From: a virus
Lineage: Duplodnaviria > Caudoviricetes
Strand: one strand, 5' to 3'
Length of the DNA stretch: 52,452 nucleotides
IMG/VR virus record: IMGVR_UViG_3300042923_000082
Coordinates: 1 to 52,452 of that record
Shown one piece after another: positions 37,397-46,795 of this stretch. The position numbers were made by a program, and so were the translations under genes. The notes beneath the pieces were generated by a model, which was not told the origin of the DNA, made no database searches, and saw only the letters and a list, made by a program, of their open reading frames with translations. Each line of letters opens with the position of its first letter. Within the stretch, counting starts at the first letter, position 1.

Positions 37397-38635
37397 ATGA
37401 GTTTATTATACGACTATCAATTAAAAGCTGTGGACGAAATGTCTAATGGTTGTATATTATGTGGAGGAGTTGGATCGGGTAAGTCTAGAACATCCCTAGG
37501 ATATTACTGTAAAGAAAACGGGGCCGACTTACACTCCGACAAACCGATAAAAATGAAAAGACCGTTAGACTTGTATATAATAACTACAGCTAGAAAAAGA
37601 GATACCTTAGAATGGGATGCTGAGCTTCCTATATTTAGAATGTCAAGTAAACCAGACTGTAATATGTATAAACAAAAGATAGTTATAGATAGTTGGAATA
37701 ATATTAAAAAATATGCAGATGTGAAGGATTCCTTCTTTATATTTGATGAACAAAGAGTTATTGGTAGTGGATCATGGGTTAAAGCTTTTCTAAAGATAGC
37801 TAACCACAACAAATGGATATTACTATCAGCAACGCCAGGAGACTCTTGGTCTGACTATATTCCAGCTTTCATAGCTAATGGATTCTATAAAAATAGAACA
37901 CAATTTAATGATGAACATGTAGTGTTTAAAAGATTTAGTAAATTTCCACAAATAGATAAATTTATTAATATAAATAGACTTATTAGATTAAGGGATAAAC
38001 TATTAGTTGATATGGAGTTTGATAGAAAAACTACTGCTCATCATACTGACGTATTCTGTGATTATCCAAAAATGAAATATTCTGATGTTATGAAGAATAG
38101 GTGGAACCCTTATAAAAATGAACCAATAGTTAATTCTGGAGAATTATGTTACACACTAAGAAAAGTAGTTAATAGTGATATGAGTAGACTTAATGAAGTG
38201 ATCAATATATTTCGCAAACACAAACGAGTAATAATATTCTATAACTTTGATTATGAGTTAGAGATATTGCAAGCCTTATATTTACTTGAAGTTGCGAATC
38301 AAGATGGACCCGGTAAATTTGAGGTGGCTGAATGGAATGGACATAAACATCAACCAATACCAGATACCCATGAGTGGGTATATTTAGTTCAGTACACTTC
38401 TGGAAATGAAGGGTGGAACTGTATTAAGACTGATGCTATAATATTCTATTCTCAGAATTACTCATATAAGGTTATGGAACAAGCTGCAGGTAGAATAGAT
38501 CGACTTAATACACCATTCATGGATTTATATTATTATCATTTAAAGAGTAAATCGAAAATAGATCTAACTATATCTAGAGCTTTGAGTATGAAGAAGAATT
38601 TCAGCGAAGGCAGATACACTAACAAATTTAAATAG
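37397..38635 (+). CDS. Superfamily 2 (SNF2/DEAD-like) helicase
   Basis: YQ, GGVGSGKS, IFDE, LSATP, EGWN, EQAAGRIDR. Confidence 0.9.
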   Translation: MSLLYDYQLKAVDEMSNGCILCGGVGSGKSRTSLGYYCKENGADLHSDKPIKMKRPLDLYIITTARKRDTLEWDAELPIFRMSSKPDCNMYKQKIVIDSWNNIKKYADVKDSFFIFDEQRVIGSGSWVKAFLKIANHNKWILLSATPGDSWSDYIPAFIANGFYKNRTQFNDEHVVFKRFSKFPQIDKFININRLIRLRDKLLVDMEFDRKTTAHHTDVFCDYPKMKYSDVMKNRWNPYKNEPIVNSGELCYTLRKVVNSDMSRLNEVINIFRKHKRVIIFYNFDYELEILQALYLLEVANQDGPGKFEVAEWNGHKHQPIPDTHEWVYLVQYTSGNEGWNCIKTDAIIFYSQNYSYKVMEQAAGRIDRLNTPFMDLYYYHLKSKSKIDLTISRALSMKKNFSEGRYTNKFK

Positions 38636-38645
38636 GAGTGATATT

Positions 38646-38891
38646 ATGAAAGTTATAGATAGTAAAATAGTTATGGGTTTGGAAGCCATAATATGGAATG
38701 GAAAAAATTTAGAAGAATTTCATAACTTTGTTAAATGTAGTTATTATTTTATCAAAGATACTCCAATGCTACTGACAACTGGAGGTTATGAAGAAATAGA
38801 AATAGGGTACTATGTAATTAAAGGTATTGATGGTAAATTTTATTCATGTAAACCTGAGATATTCGATTTTACTTATGAGGAGGTAAAATAA
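38646..38891 (+). CDS. Small conserved phage protein (FYSCKPEIF family)
   Basis: EAIIW...GYYVIKGIDGKFYSCKPEIFDFTYE. Confidence 0.7.
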   Translation: MKVIDSKIVMGLEAIIWNGKNLEEFHNFVKCSYYFIKDTPMLLTTGGYEEIEIGYYVIKGIDGKFYSCKPEIFDFTYEEVK

Positions 38892-39443
38892 ATGATAATT
38901 AAAATAGGAGATAGATATTACGATAGTAATGTTCAACCAATAATTGTAGTTATGGATGATGTAGATAAACAACTTATTTCAGAAATGGGTAAAAAGAAGA
39001 TATATTGTAGATGTCCTGATGGTATAAAAGAATTTATGCATGTCACATCTGAAAAATCAAAAGAACAATATATAAAAGATATAGATAATCAAGTTCTTAA
39101 GGCTATTGATATTCTACAAAGTGTTACTGAACAATACTCTTCTTGGGATTTATGGGATAAATCTGGGGTTATCGATAGTTCTCTTAGTATATTAAAAGAA
39201 AGATACGAAAAAGAATTAATGGAGGAATATCTTAATACTAAAATAACATGGTTCAAAGTAGAAGATAAGTTACCTGAAGAGAATCAAGAATGTATAATTG
39301 AAATTGAGTATACTAATAAATTAAATATTGATGACGTTATGTATAATCATTATGAAGCTAAATATCATCACAAATACTGGTTAGGAAAATATGAAAAATT
39401 TCCAAAGTGTGATATGAAAGTAACTAGATGGAGGTTGAAGTAA
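38892..39443 (+). CDS. Hypothetical protein with C-terminal DUF551-like domain
   Basis: WFKVEDKLPE...VTRWR. Confidence 0.6.
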   Translation: MIIKIGDRYYDSNVQPIIVVMDDVDKQLISEMGKKKIYCRCPDGIKEFMHVTSEKSKEQYIKDIDNQVLKAIDILQSVTEQYSSWDLWDKSGVIDSSLSILKERYEKELMEEYLNTKITWFKVEDKLPEENQECIIEIEYTNKLNIDDVMYNHYEAKYHHKYWLGKYEKFPKCDMKVTRWRLK

Positions 39444-39596
39444 ATGCAAACTGAAACTAAGGAAGTATATTTTTATATGTATTGTAATATTTGCGAATTT
39501 GAGACTGTAAGTGAAACTGAAGATCCTTGTAATGAGTGTCTAACTAACCCAACAAATATAGATTCTCGTAAACCAGTAAAATTCGAACCAAAATAA
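39444..39596 (+). CDS. 50-aa Cys-rich (zinc-binding) microprotein (not in the ORF track)
   Basis: SD GGAGG; YCNIC...PCNECL. Confidence 0.7.
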   Translation: MQTETKEVYFYMYCNICEFETVSETEDPCNECLTNPTNIDSRKPVKFEPK

Positions 39597-39619
39597 TTTA
39601 GATGAGAGGGTGTTGATTT

Positions 39620-40027
39620 TTGGATAGAATATCTAAAACTAATTATTATCTAGAAATTGCCAAAGCCGTATCAAGACGAAGTACATGTTTAAGAAGACAA
39701 TACGGAGCAGTCTTAGTTCGGAATGATGAAATAATATCTACTGGTTATAACGGATCACCACGAGGTGAAGAAAATTGTTGCGATATGGGTTATTGTTGGA
39801 GGGAATCTAATAACATTGCTCATGGTAAAGAATATGAGTCATGCTTATCAGTACATGCCGAACAAAATGCTATAATATCTGCGTGTAGAAGAGATATTAT
39901 AGGGTCAACTTTATATTTAGTAGGATTTGAAAATGGTAAACTCATATCTTCAGAAGAAGTAAAACCTTGTAAAATATGTGAAAAAATGATTATTAATTCC
40001 GGAATAGTAAAAGTTATAACAAAATAA
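39620..40027 (+). CDS. dCMP deaminase
   Basis: RSTC, TGYNG, HAEQNA, PCKIC. Confidence 0.92.
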   Translation: MDRISKTNYYLEIAKAVSRRSTCLRRQYGAVLVRNDEIISTGYNGSPRGEENCCDMGYCWRESNNIAHGKEYESCLSVHAEQNAIISACRRDIIGSTLYLVGFENGKLISSEEVKPCKICEKMIINSGIVKVITK

Positions 40028-40051
40028 TCTAATAAGAAAGGGTGTTGAGAA

Positions 40052-40219
40052 ATGAGAAATAAAATTGTAATATTAGAGAATGGTTCAAGAGAGGAAGCTT
40101 GTAAGAGGTTCGATGAGGTTAAGTCAACTATTACTGATTTCGCAAAGGAGTCGGTAAGCATTAGAGGTAATATAAGAAATTCTAATGAAGGTTGGAATGT
40201 TATTAAGTCTTATAGATAA
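40052..40219 (+). CDS. Hypothetical 55-aa protein (not in the ORF track)
   Basis: MRNKIVILENGSREEACKRF...; fills the intergenic gap. Confidence 0.55.
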   Translation: MRNKIVILENGSREEACKRFDEVKSTITDFAKESVSIRGNIRNSNEGWNVIKSYR

Positions 40220-40235
40220 TTTAGGAGGTAGTGTT

Positions 40236-40715
40236 ATGAACGAAAAAATTGATATTATACTAGATGAAATTAAAGCTCTATGTAAAAGTAATAGTATAGA
40301 AGTTACAAATAAATATGAAGAATGTATTAAATCGAATGTTCTAATATTTAGAAAAAATGATAGAAAAATGGCTTTTGAAATTAGAGAAGGAATGCTTAGA
40401 TTTCTCCCTTGTGAATATATTATAGCTGATATAAACCAACAAATAAATGATAAACTTCTAATTCCCAATGCTCCAGAAGAGGTATTCGATAAAGTAATGG
40501 AAGAGATTAAAACACTATGTGATGACAATGGCATATATTTAAAATATTATTATAGTGATGATCACAATATTTGTACATTTAGATTTTCAAAATTTGGCAA
40601 AACATTTAGATATTCTATTAGTTCTACTGATATATTATACAAAAATGTGAGAAACTATGAAATACACGATAGAATGATTAAAATGTATGATGCGGCTAGA
40701 AATGAAATAGGATAA
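40236..40715 (+). CDS. Hypothetical protein with internal duplication
   Basis: SD AGGAGG; EIKALCKSNSI...FRK vs EIKTLCDDNGI...FSK. Confidence 0.65.
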   Translation: MNEKIDIILDEIKALCKSNSIEVTNKYEECIKSNVLIFRKNDRKMAFEIREGMLRFLPCEYIIADINQQINDKLLIPNAPEEVFDKVMEEIKTLCDDNGIYLKYYYSDDHNICTFRFSKFGKTFRYSISSTDILYKNVRNYEIHDRMIKMYDAARNEIG

Positions 40716-40745
40716 ACGCATAATATACACGTCCTATTATGAGAA
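40716..40745 (+). promoter_or_regulatory. Promoter-like motif P9
   Basis: ACGC ATAATAT ACA CGTCC TATTATGAGAA. Confidence 0.8.
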
Positions 40746-40760
40746 AATATTATATAGGAG

Positions 40761-40949
40761 ATGATTTTAATGGAAGAAAAAGATAAACAAAAAGAATCTG
40801 GAGATATGATAGCTGGGTTGATTGTATGTGGTGTTATTTATACTATTGGATATATAGTTGGAAGATCGATACCTAATACTAGAATTGACGCTGCTTATAA
40901 CAAGGGTGTTGTTGATGCTTTTAATTACAATATAACAAAGATTAGATAA
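40761..40949 (+). CDS. Single-TM microprotein
   Basis: MIAGLIVCGVIYTIGYIVG; lies between P9 and a terminator. Confidence 0.7.
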   Translation: MILMEEKDKQKESGDMIAGLIVCGVIYTIGYIVGRSIPNTRIDAAYNKGVVDAFNYNITKIR

Positions 40950-40960
40950 TATTATAAATT

Positions 40961-40988
40961 TAAGATTGAGCTTAGGCTCTTTCTTTTT
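40961..40988 (+). terminator. Terminator (identical to the one at 27677)
   Basis: GAGCT TA GGCTC + TTTCTTTTT. Confidence 0.7.
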
Positions 40989-41009
40989 ACTTTAAGGAGG
41001 ATAAATTGG

Positions 41010-41156
41010 ATGACTAAAAAATTGAAGGAAATGATATTTAAGATAGCTGGAGATAAAGCAAAAGATATAGATGGTGATATAATCGACATCTTTGATAAAA
41101 AATACTATGTTAATTATATAAATGACGAAGTTATGGAGGTTAAAAGCAATGAGTAA
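41010..41156 (+). CDS. Hypothetical 48-aa protein (not in the ORF track)
   Basis: SD AAGGAGG; MTKKLKEMIFKIAG... Confidence 0.6.
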   Translation: MTKKLKEMIFKIAGDKAKDIDGDIIDIFDKKYYVNYINDEVMEVKSNE

Positions 41157-41661
41157 AGAATATAACAAATACTTACAAGAACACAAAAGTAATGTAGCTG
41201 CGGCTTTCTATTGGATTCAGACAAATTTACCAGAATTATTAACTGGTGACTATGATTATGAGAGACAAATATGTTCAGCTCATGATAAATCTAAATCCGA
41301 TAAGGAAGAGTATGAAGCCTATGATAATTATTTCTATGGAAAAGATCAATCATATAATGTTAAGCTGGAATTCAATAAAGCTTGGTTAGAACATATTCAT
41401 AAAAATCCACATCATTGGCAATTTTGGGTACTAAACAATGATGATCCAAAAGAAGGTGAAATGATTCTAGATATTCCGTATAATTATATAATTGAAATGG
41501 TTTGTGATTGGTGGTCATTTAGCTTTAAACAAAATAAGTTAGATGAGATGTTTAAATGGTATAATGATCGTAAAAAATATATGAAACTTAGTGACAAGAC
41601 TAAGACTAATGTTGAGTATATTTTAAAAGAGATTAATAAGAAGTTAGAGGGTATAAAATAA
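41149..41661 (+). CDS. HD-like metal-binding protein (DUF5662-like)
   Basis: EH...HDKSK...HIHKNPHH...EMVCDW. Confidence 0.7.
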   Translation: MSKEYNKYLQEHKSNVAAAFYWIQTNLPELLTGDYDYERQICSAHDKSKSDKEEYEAYDNYFYGKDQSYNVKLEFNKAWLEHIHKNPHHWQFWVLNNDDPKEGEMILDIPYNYIIEMVCDWWSFSFKQNKLDEMFKWYNDRKKYMKLSDKTKTNVEYILKEINKKLEGIK

Positions 41662-41679
41662 TTATGGAGGGCGATTGAG

Positions 41680-42018
41680 ATGAGAGTAAGGTGCATTGGT
41701 AAATTTTCTATAGCTGTTGGTAATGGTACTTACAGAGAAACCATGAAAGCTATAAAGGATACGTTTAGTGAATTAAATAATTTAGGAGTAAGGTGTGTAT
41801 TATATTTAAAGAGACGTTTAATAGTTACAGATAACGTGATTATCAAATTTATTATTAGAAAATATTATTATAACTATAGTCGTAATAGATATGGTGTAAG
41901 GTGTCATGGATGTTATGGGTTTACTGATGAGGAATCTTATAGTATAACTAATGGAAAAAATAAATGTAAAGGTTATGAGTTATTGGACTATATTTTAGAA
42001 AGAGGGAACAAAGTATGA
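41680..42018 (+). CDS. Hypothetical protein
   Basis: SD GGAGG; ORF. Confidence 0.6.
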   Translation: MRVRCIGKFSIAVGNGTYRETMKAIKDTFSELNNLGVRCVLYLKRRLIVTDNVIIKFIIRKYYYNYSRNRYGVRCHGCYGFTDEESYSITNGKNKCKGYELLDYILERGNKV

Positions 42019-42653
42019 AAATAATAAAGGCTAGTTATGAAATAATAAATAAGGAAAAAATAAATGGAATTGAAATATTGAAGGATATCGAAAAGGTTGG
42101 AAGAACGTGTTATAAATCAGAAGAAAATATAACTGATACTTCAGCTTTGTTATTTGTAGATATGTTAATAAAAAGAGGACACGAAGCTATGGTTGAACAT
42201 AATTCTATATCTGTTAAATTTATATGCGATAGAGGAGTTAGTCACGAATTAGTAAGACATAGATTGGCTAGCTTCGGACAGGAGAGTACTAGATATTGTA
42301 ATTACTCTAAAGATAAATTCGGTAATGAGATTACAGTTATTAAACCTTGTTTCTGGGAATATGATAGTTCTGAATATTTATGTTGGAGCCATGCTACATC
42401 ACAAGCTGAGGATCACTATTTTGATTTGTTAAATATTGGTGCTAGTCCTCAAGAAGCTAGATCAGTGCTACCAAATTCGTTAAAAACAGAAATAGTAATG
42501 ACGATGAATATAAGAGAATGGAGACATTTCTTTAGTTTACGTTGTGATGCTCCAGCCCATCCACAAATGAGAGAATTGACTTTACCATTGCTAAAAGAGA
42601 TGAGCGAGCTTATCCCGATTGTATTTGATGATCTAAAACACAAGTTTTATTAG
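42015..42653 (+). CDS. thyX: FAD-dependent thymidylate synthase
   Basis: GHEAMVEH, HELVRHR-x7-STRY, ARSVLPN, AHPQMR. Confidence 0.95.
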   Translation: MKIIKASYEIINKEKINGIEILKDIEKVGRTCYKSEENITDTSALLFVDMLIKRGHEAMVEHNSISVKFICDRGVSHELVRHRLASFGQESTRYCNYSKDKFGNEITVIKPCFWEYDSSEYLCWSHATSQAEDHYFDLLNIGASPQEARSVLPNSLKTEIVMTMNIREWRHFFSLRCDAPAHPQMRELTLPLLKEMSELIPIVFDDLKHKFY

Positions 42654-42772
42654 CAGATTATATTTTAGAAAGGAATAAACATGTTGAGAGCATTTATAAA
42701 GATATTAAGTACCATACTAAAATCTAATAGAAAAATTGTTTATGATTACTATAAAGATGAAGAAGTATATTA

Positions 42773-42997
42773 ATGAAATTGGAGGATGAGAAAATGATAA
42801 TCAAAACAATAGTACCAAAATTAGGAGATTCGATGTATTATGTAGGAAAACCAGTTACAAATGGGGTAGGTGCTCGTATAGGATCCGTATCCGAAGTTAT
42901 AGATGAAGGAGATCATTATGAATTGATAATGGATATACCATGTGTATATTCTAAACCAGATAAAGATATGTGTTCAATGTCTATATGTTCTAGATGA
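42773..42997 (+). CDS. Hypothetical protein
   Basis: SD GGAGG before an internal ATG; ORF. Confidence 0.55.
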   Translation: MKLEDEKMIIKTIVPKLGDSMYYVGKPVTNGVGARIGSVSEVIDEGDHYELIMDIPCVYSKPDKDMCSMSICSR

Positions 42998-43115
42998 ACG
43001 AAGGGGTGATTTAGTATGCTTATGATATTATCCGATATTGTCGCCATAGTAGTATGGGTATTGTTGGTTAGGTATGCTATAGATTATTAATTTTTTAAAA
43101 TAGGAGTGAAATAAT

Positions 43116-43238
43116 ATGCGTAAATTTTTAGATCTCAAATATAAAACTAGACTTATGATAATATTACCAATTTGTGTAGTCTACTATTTAGGTTTAATGT
43201 ATGGAGTTGTTAGACTTTTAAAATATATTTTTATTTAG
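43116..43238 (+). CDS. 40-aa membrane microprotein (not in the ORF track)
   Basis: SD AGGAG; LMIILPICVVYYLGLMYGVV. Confidence 0.6.
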   Translation: MRKFLDLKYKTRLMIILPICVVYYLGLMYGVVRLLKYIFI

Positions 43239-43252
43239 GAGAGTGATATTAT

Positions 43253-43744
43253 ATGAAAGAATTTCCAATATTAGGAAGTAATATAAAAAGCGTACCTTAT
43301 GGTTTAGTTGAAAAACATAATTGTCAGGCTTTCGCCAATCACATGCAAAATGTTGATAGGTTGGCTGAACGTGGAGGATTAGCTTGGGATGAATTATATT
43401 ATGTGTTAAGCGATAAACCATTTGATAAAAGAAAACTATTGATTGAGTCTACAGTTGAAGAATGGATTCAAGGAGAAGTTAATAAATATAATAAAAGTAT
43501 AATGTCTACTTCTATAAAAGCTGATAGATTAGGATTAAGACCGTGTGTAGTCATCAATGGTAGGAAATTAATGAAAGAGGATATTAAAAAACGAGGAGTA
43601 CTTATTAACGCATATTTTCACACATGGACTGAAGTTATAGATACCGATAAGAATAAAATATTTAAATCAACATTAGCTTTAGTAGAATATGAAGATGGTT
43701 CTATTGATAAAATATATCCTGAAAATTTAAGATTTATTGTTTAA
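43253..43744 (+). CDS. Hypothetical protein
   Basis: NHMQNVDRLAERGGL N-terminal domain; ALVEYEDG C-terminal domain. Confidence 0.7.
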   Translation: MKEFPILGSNIKSVPYGLVEKHNCQAFANHMQNVDRLAERGGLAWDELYYVLSDKPFDKRKLLIESTVEEWIQGEVNKYNKSIMSTSIKADRLGLRPCVVINGRKLMKEDIKKRGVLINAYFHTWTEVIDTDKNKIFKSTLALVEYEDGSIDKIYPENLRFIV

Positions 43745-43757
43745 GGGGTGAAGTAAA

Positions 43758-43967
43758 ATGAAATTAATGATAGAGAGTTGCAAGGGTTGTCCGTCTATAT
43801 TTGGATGTTATTATAATGATTTAGAGAGATGCCCTAAAATTGAAATGGCGGCCTCAGGACTTGGTATTCCTTGTAAACCTAAAAAGGAAGAAGTGTATTT
43901 AAGAGATATTCCTTTTGGAGTATATATGGGACTTAAGCATATGATTGAGAGGACTGGTGATAGATAA
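43758..43967 (+). CDS. Cys-rich hypothetical protein
   Basis: CKGCP...C...CP. Confidence 0.6.
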   Translation: MKLMIESCKGCPSIFGCYYNDLERCPKIEMAASGLGIPCKPKKEEVYLRDIPFGVYMGLKHMIERTGDR

Positions 43968-44194
43968 TGAGTAAAGAAAACGAAACTCATAAAATGATTG
44001 GTGTAGACTTAGCTAGTGACAAGAAAGATCGTACTGTTACTACTATGTTTGTAGGCGGAATAATGTGTGGAAAAACAACTTTTATGGAGGCTATGAAAAA
44101 TATAAAAAAGATGCCCGGTTTAACTGCAGAAGAATGTGCGATTGCCCTATCTAATGCTAGCTACAAATTAAATAAAAAGGATGGTAAAAGATAA
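43967..44194 (+). CDS. Hypothetical protein
   Basis: Translationally coupled ORF. Confidence 0.6.
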   Translation: MSKENETHKMIGVDLASDKKDRTVTTMFVGGIMCGKTTFMEAMKNIKKMPGLTAEECAIALSNASYKLNKKDGKR

Positions 44195-44511
44195 TGAAAA
44201 TAATTGTATATGAAAGAAGTATGTTTGTTGGCATACTTACAGTTAAGAAACCAACTAAAATCGAACCGATCATGCTATTTGAAAATATACAAGAGTGTGA
44301 TGATAGACGCATAAATGTATTGTATTTTCAAGATATGGATTATGGATTAATTATATCTGACACGATAGTTTATCATTACAAAAAACTTTTAAATGATAAA
44401 AATGTCGGAACTGATCTAGATATTTTACATGATGCTGTGTATAGAGCTTTAGGTTGTCCAGCGGTTCTTTTAAATTTGAATAATAAAAAGGAGGTAAAAG
44501 ATAATGAGTAG
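44194..44511 (+). CDS. Hypothetical protein, paralog of 36370..36582
   Basis: Translationally coupled ORF; shared N-terminal ~65 aa pattern. Confidence 0.65.
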   Translation: MKIIVYERSMFVGILTVKKPTKIEPIMLFENIQECDDRRINVLYFQDMDYGLIISDTIVYHYKKLLNDKNVGTDLDILHDAVYRALGCPAVLLNLNNKKEVKDNE

Positions 44512-44593
44512 AGGAAGATATGGATTAGGAAGTTTTTTAATAGATCTGTTTCTAACAAGTCTTACAGGTGGGTTATGGTTACTATACCTTTAA
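44504..44593 (+). CDS. 29-aa membrane microprotein, truncated paralog of 45451..45567
   Basis: SD AGGAGG; MSRGRYGLGSFLIDLFLTSLTGGLWLLYL. Confidence 0.6.
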   Translation: MSRGRYGLGSFLIDLFLTSLTGGLWLLYL

Positions 44594-44727
44594 ACGAATA
44601 TAACGATCTAAGAGATAAAGCTAATGATATTATGCGAATGTATGATAGACTTCATTTTTTAGAAAGTAGAATGAGAGAGATCGATAGAATGATAGAAGAT
44701 CTAGAAACCCGTAAGGTGAATAAATAA
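44575..44727 (+). CDS. 50-aa coiled-coil protein (not in the ORF track)
   Basis: MVTIPLNEYNDLRDKA...; ends immediately before P10. Confidence 0.55.
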   Translation: MVTIPLNEYNDLRDKANDIMRMYDRLHFLESRMREIDRMIEDLETRKVNK

Positions 44728-44728
44728 A

Positions 44729-44758
44729 GCGCTTAATAAACATCCCCTATTATGAGAA
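44729..44758 (+). promoter_or_regulatory. Promoter-like motif P10
   Basis: GCGC TTAATAA ACA TCCCC TATTATGAGAA. Confidence 0.75.
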
Positions 44759-44784
44759 ATACTTATATTAGAGGAGGAATTGAA

Positions 44785-45138
44785 ATGAGAAATATTAAAG
44801 ATATTTACGAAAGTCAAAGAGTAAGAGAATTTAGAAGTAAGGTAGATAAGAGTTTCAGAGATGGAAAAGATTGGATAGTAGATAATAAGGAAGCTATTAT
44901 AGTCTTAGCACCAGTTGTTATAGGAGTTGTGACACCTGTCATAAAGGCAGTGAGTAAATATATAACACTTGGTAAAGCTAAAGACTTAAAAGAACTTTAT
45001 TGTTATGATAGAAGTCTTGGCCATTACTGGAGTCTTAAAAGAGAACTTACTAATACCGAATGGTTAACTGTTGACAGACGTAAAAAATGCGGAGAACGTT
45101 TAGCAGACATTCTAGCTGATATGAGAGTATTGAAATAA
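44785..45138 (+). CDS. Hypothetical protein with central hydrophobic segment
   Basis: SD GAGGAGG; CYDRSLGHYWSLKREL. Confidence 0.75.
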   Translation: MRNIKDIYESQRVREFRSKVDKSFRDGKDWIVDNKEAIIVLAPVVIGVVTPVIKAVSKYITLGKAKDLKELYCYDRSLGHYWSLKRELTNTEWLTVDRRKKCGERLADILADMRVLK

Positions 45139-45142
45139 TTAT

Positions 45143-45173
45143 AGAGGGCCTTTACAAGGGCTCTTTTCTTTTT
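45143..45173 (+). terminator. Terminator
   Basis: AGAGGGCCTT TAC AAGGGCTCTT + TTCTTTTT. Confidence 0.75.
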
Positions 45174-45188
45174 AAGGAGTGATTTATA

Positions 45189-45377
45189 ATGAAAAGTTTG
45201 TTTGAAGTTAATGGTAAAAATAGATTTGAGAATAATAAAAAAATAACTATATCTGTATATGGAGTCAGAACTGCAGAAGACAATTCTAATGAGGCTGAGT
45301 TTCTTGTATATAATTATGATAATTGGTATTGGAGTAGTGCTAAAAACTATACACCAGTATCTAATAAACACGGTTAA
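45189..45377 (+). CDS. Hypothetical protein
   Basis: SD AAGGAG; VYGV...EFLVY...WYW. Confidence 0.65.
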   Translation: MKSLFEVNGKNRFENNKKITISVYGVRTAEDNSNEAEFLVYNYDNWYWSSAKNYTPVSNKHG

Positions 45378-45388
45378 GAATTGTAAGT

Positions 45389-45418
45389 ACGCGAAAATTA
45401 CAACCTATATTATGAAAA
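45389..45418 (+). promoter_or_regulatory. Promoter-like motif P11
   Basis: ACGC GAAAATT ACA ACCTA TATTATGAAAA. Confidence 0.78.
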
Positions 45419-45450
45419 ATATTAAAGTATAATATATGGAGGTAATTGAT

Positions 45451-45567
45451 ATGAGTAAAAGTGGATATGGTATAGTTGGGTTTTTAATAGACTTATTATT
45501 AACAAGTTTGACAGGTGGATTATGGTTATTATTTATATTACTTAGATATTTAAGAAAAAGAGCATGA
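45451..45567 (+). CDS. 38-aa membrane microprotein (not in the ORF track)
   Basis: SD GGAGG; MSKSGYGIVGFLIDLLLTSLTGGLWLLFILLRYLRKRA. Confidence 0.75.
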   Translation: MSKSGYGIVGFLIDLLLTSLTGGLWLLFILLRYLRKRA

Positions 45568-45573
45568 TAATTG

Positions 45574-45606
45574 GAGGAGAGTCCGACACAAAGGCTCTTT
45601 CTTTTA
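45574..45606 (+). terminator. Terminator
   Basis: GGAGAGTC...GGCTCTTT + CTTTT. Confidence 0.65.
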
Positions 45607-45630
45607 TATTTGTACAAGGGGGTGATTAAT

Positions 45631-46461
45631 ATGGAAAGGGCTGAAAAAAGGAGGCTAGAACGAGAAAGACATAAATATGAAAAACAAAATATTAAAGAAG
45701 ATATTGCGAATAAACAATGGTATTCGAGTTTACCTATGAATAGAAAGATATTTATTGGTAAGTTTGTTGAGAGAAGGACTATCGAGAATGATAATCTAGT
45801 TGCAGCAATTATGGATAAATGTATATTAGGTTCTTTAGACGATAATACGAGTATTGATATTAGACTTATGAAAAAAGTATTAGATGATTGTAATGGTTAT
45901 ATATTAGACTATAAAGAATATTTAGATAAAAATGGTGAAGGTGGTTTTGATATGATAGAAAATGATAAACTTAGAAATGAAGTAATAAAAAGAATTGACG
46001 AATGCATTGAAAATGGGATTACTAAAATTAAATGTATGGCCGCTCTTAAGAAAGAATTTAATTTACCTGGTGCGGAGCTATCTGAAATGTGGGTTGAATG
46101 TGAGAAATCGATGAGTAAACTAATTGATGAGGGGCTTCCTAGTCCTGAGATTATTACAACAGGTCCTAATAATAGTATTAGAGATAGTTTGAAAGTTATT
46201 GATCATTTAAAAATCATTAAGGGTGAATTCGGATATTATCATGTGAGTAATGATGGTGTAAGGTTTAGTAATGATATAAAATTAGTAAACGATGATGTTG
46301 CTTTTAAGAATAAACAAAGAGTTATTGAAGAACATTATCACGCAGTTAACGATATCAATAAAGATATAATGATCTTAGAAGAAAAACTTGTGTTGCTAAA
46401 TAAAGATAAAGATTTAATAAATGCTAAATTTGCAGAGTTTGAACAATCATTTGATATGTAA
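45631..46461 (+). CDS. Hypothetical protein
   Basis: SD GGGGTG before ATG 45631; MERAEKRR; the ORF-track start at 45571 lies in the terminator. Confidence 0.7.
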   Translation: MERAEKRRLERERHKYEKQNIKEDIANKQWYSSLPMNRKIFIGKFVERRTIENDNLVAAIMDKCILGSLDDNTSIDIRLMKKVLDDCNGYILDYKEYLDKNGEGGFDMIENDKLRNEVIKRIDECIENGITKIKCMAALKKEFNLPGAELSEMWVECEKSMSKLIDEGLPSPEIITTGPNNSIRDSLKVIDHLKIIKGEFGYYHVSNDGVRFSNDIKLVNDDVAFKNKQRVIEEHYHAVNDINKDIMILEEKLVLLNKDKDLINAKFAEFEQSFDM

Positions 46462-46472
46462 GGAGTGATGTT

Positions 46473-46763
46473 ATGTTTACAAAAGTATTAATAGATCCAA
46501 TAGAAATAGAATATATACAATTTGATTATACCAATGCAGATTGTGTTCGTAACACAGTTAGTGAATTACAAATGAATATAGAACCGTCTTTGGATAGTTT
46601 AAATCAACCTTATTTAATCATACCAACAACCGATGGAGAACTAACTTGTCATATTGGAGATTATATAATTAAATATCCTGATCCAAAAGACTGGTGTAAA
46701 TTTATGTGTTGTAGTCCAGTGGTATTTAAAAGTCTGATGAAAGTATTTGGCGTGGAGTTATAA
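46473..46763 (+). CDS. Small conserved phage protein, distant paralog of 38646..38891
   Basis: PIEIEYIQF...IPTTDG...IGDYIIK...CSPVVF. Confidence 0.65.
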   Translation: MFTKVLIDPIEIEYIQFDYTNADCVRNTVSELQMNIEPSLDSLNQPYLIIPTTDGELTCHIGDYIIKYPDPKDWCKFMCCSPVVFKSLMKVFGVEL

Positions 46764-46765
46764 GT

Positions 46766-46795
46766 ACGCGAGTTTTACATGTCATATTATGAGAA
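46766..46795 (+). promoter_or_regulatory. Promoter-like motif P12
   Basis: ACGC GAGTTTT ACA TGTCA TATTATGAGAA. Confidence 0.8.
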
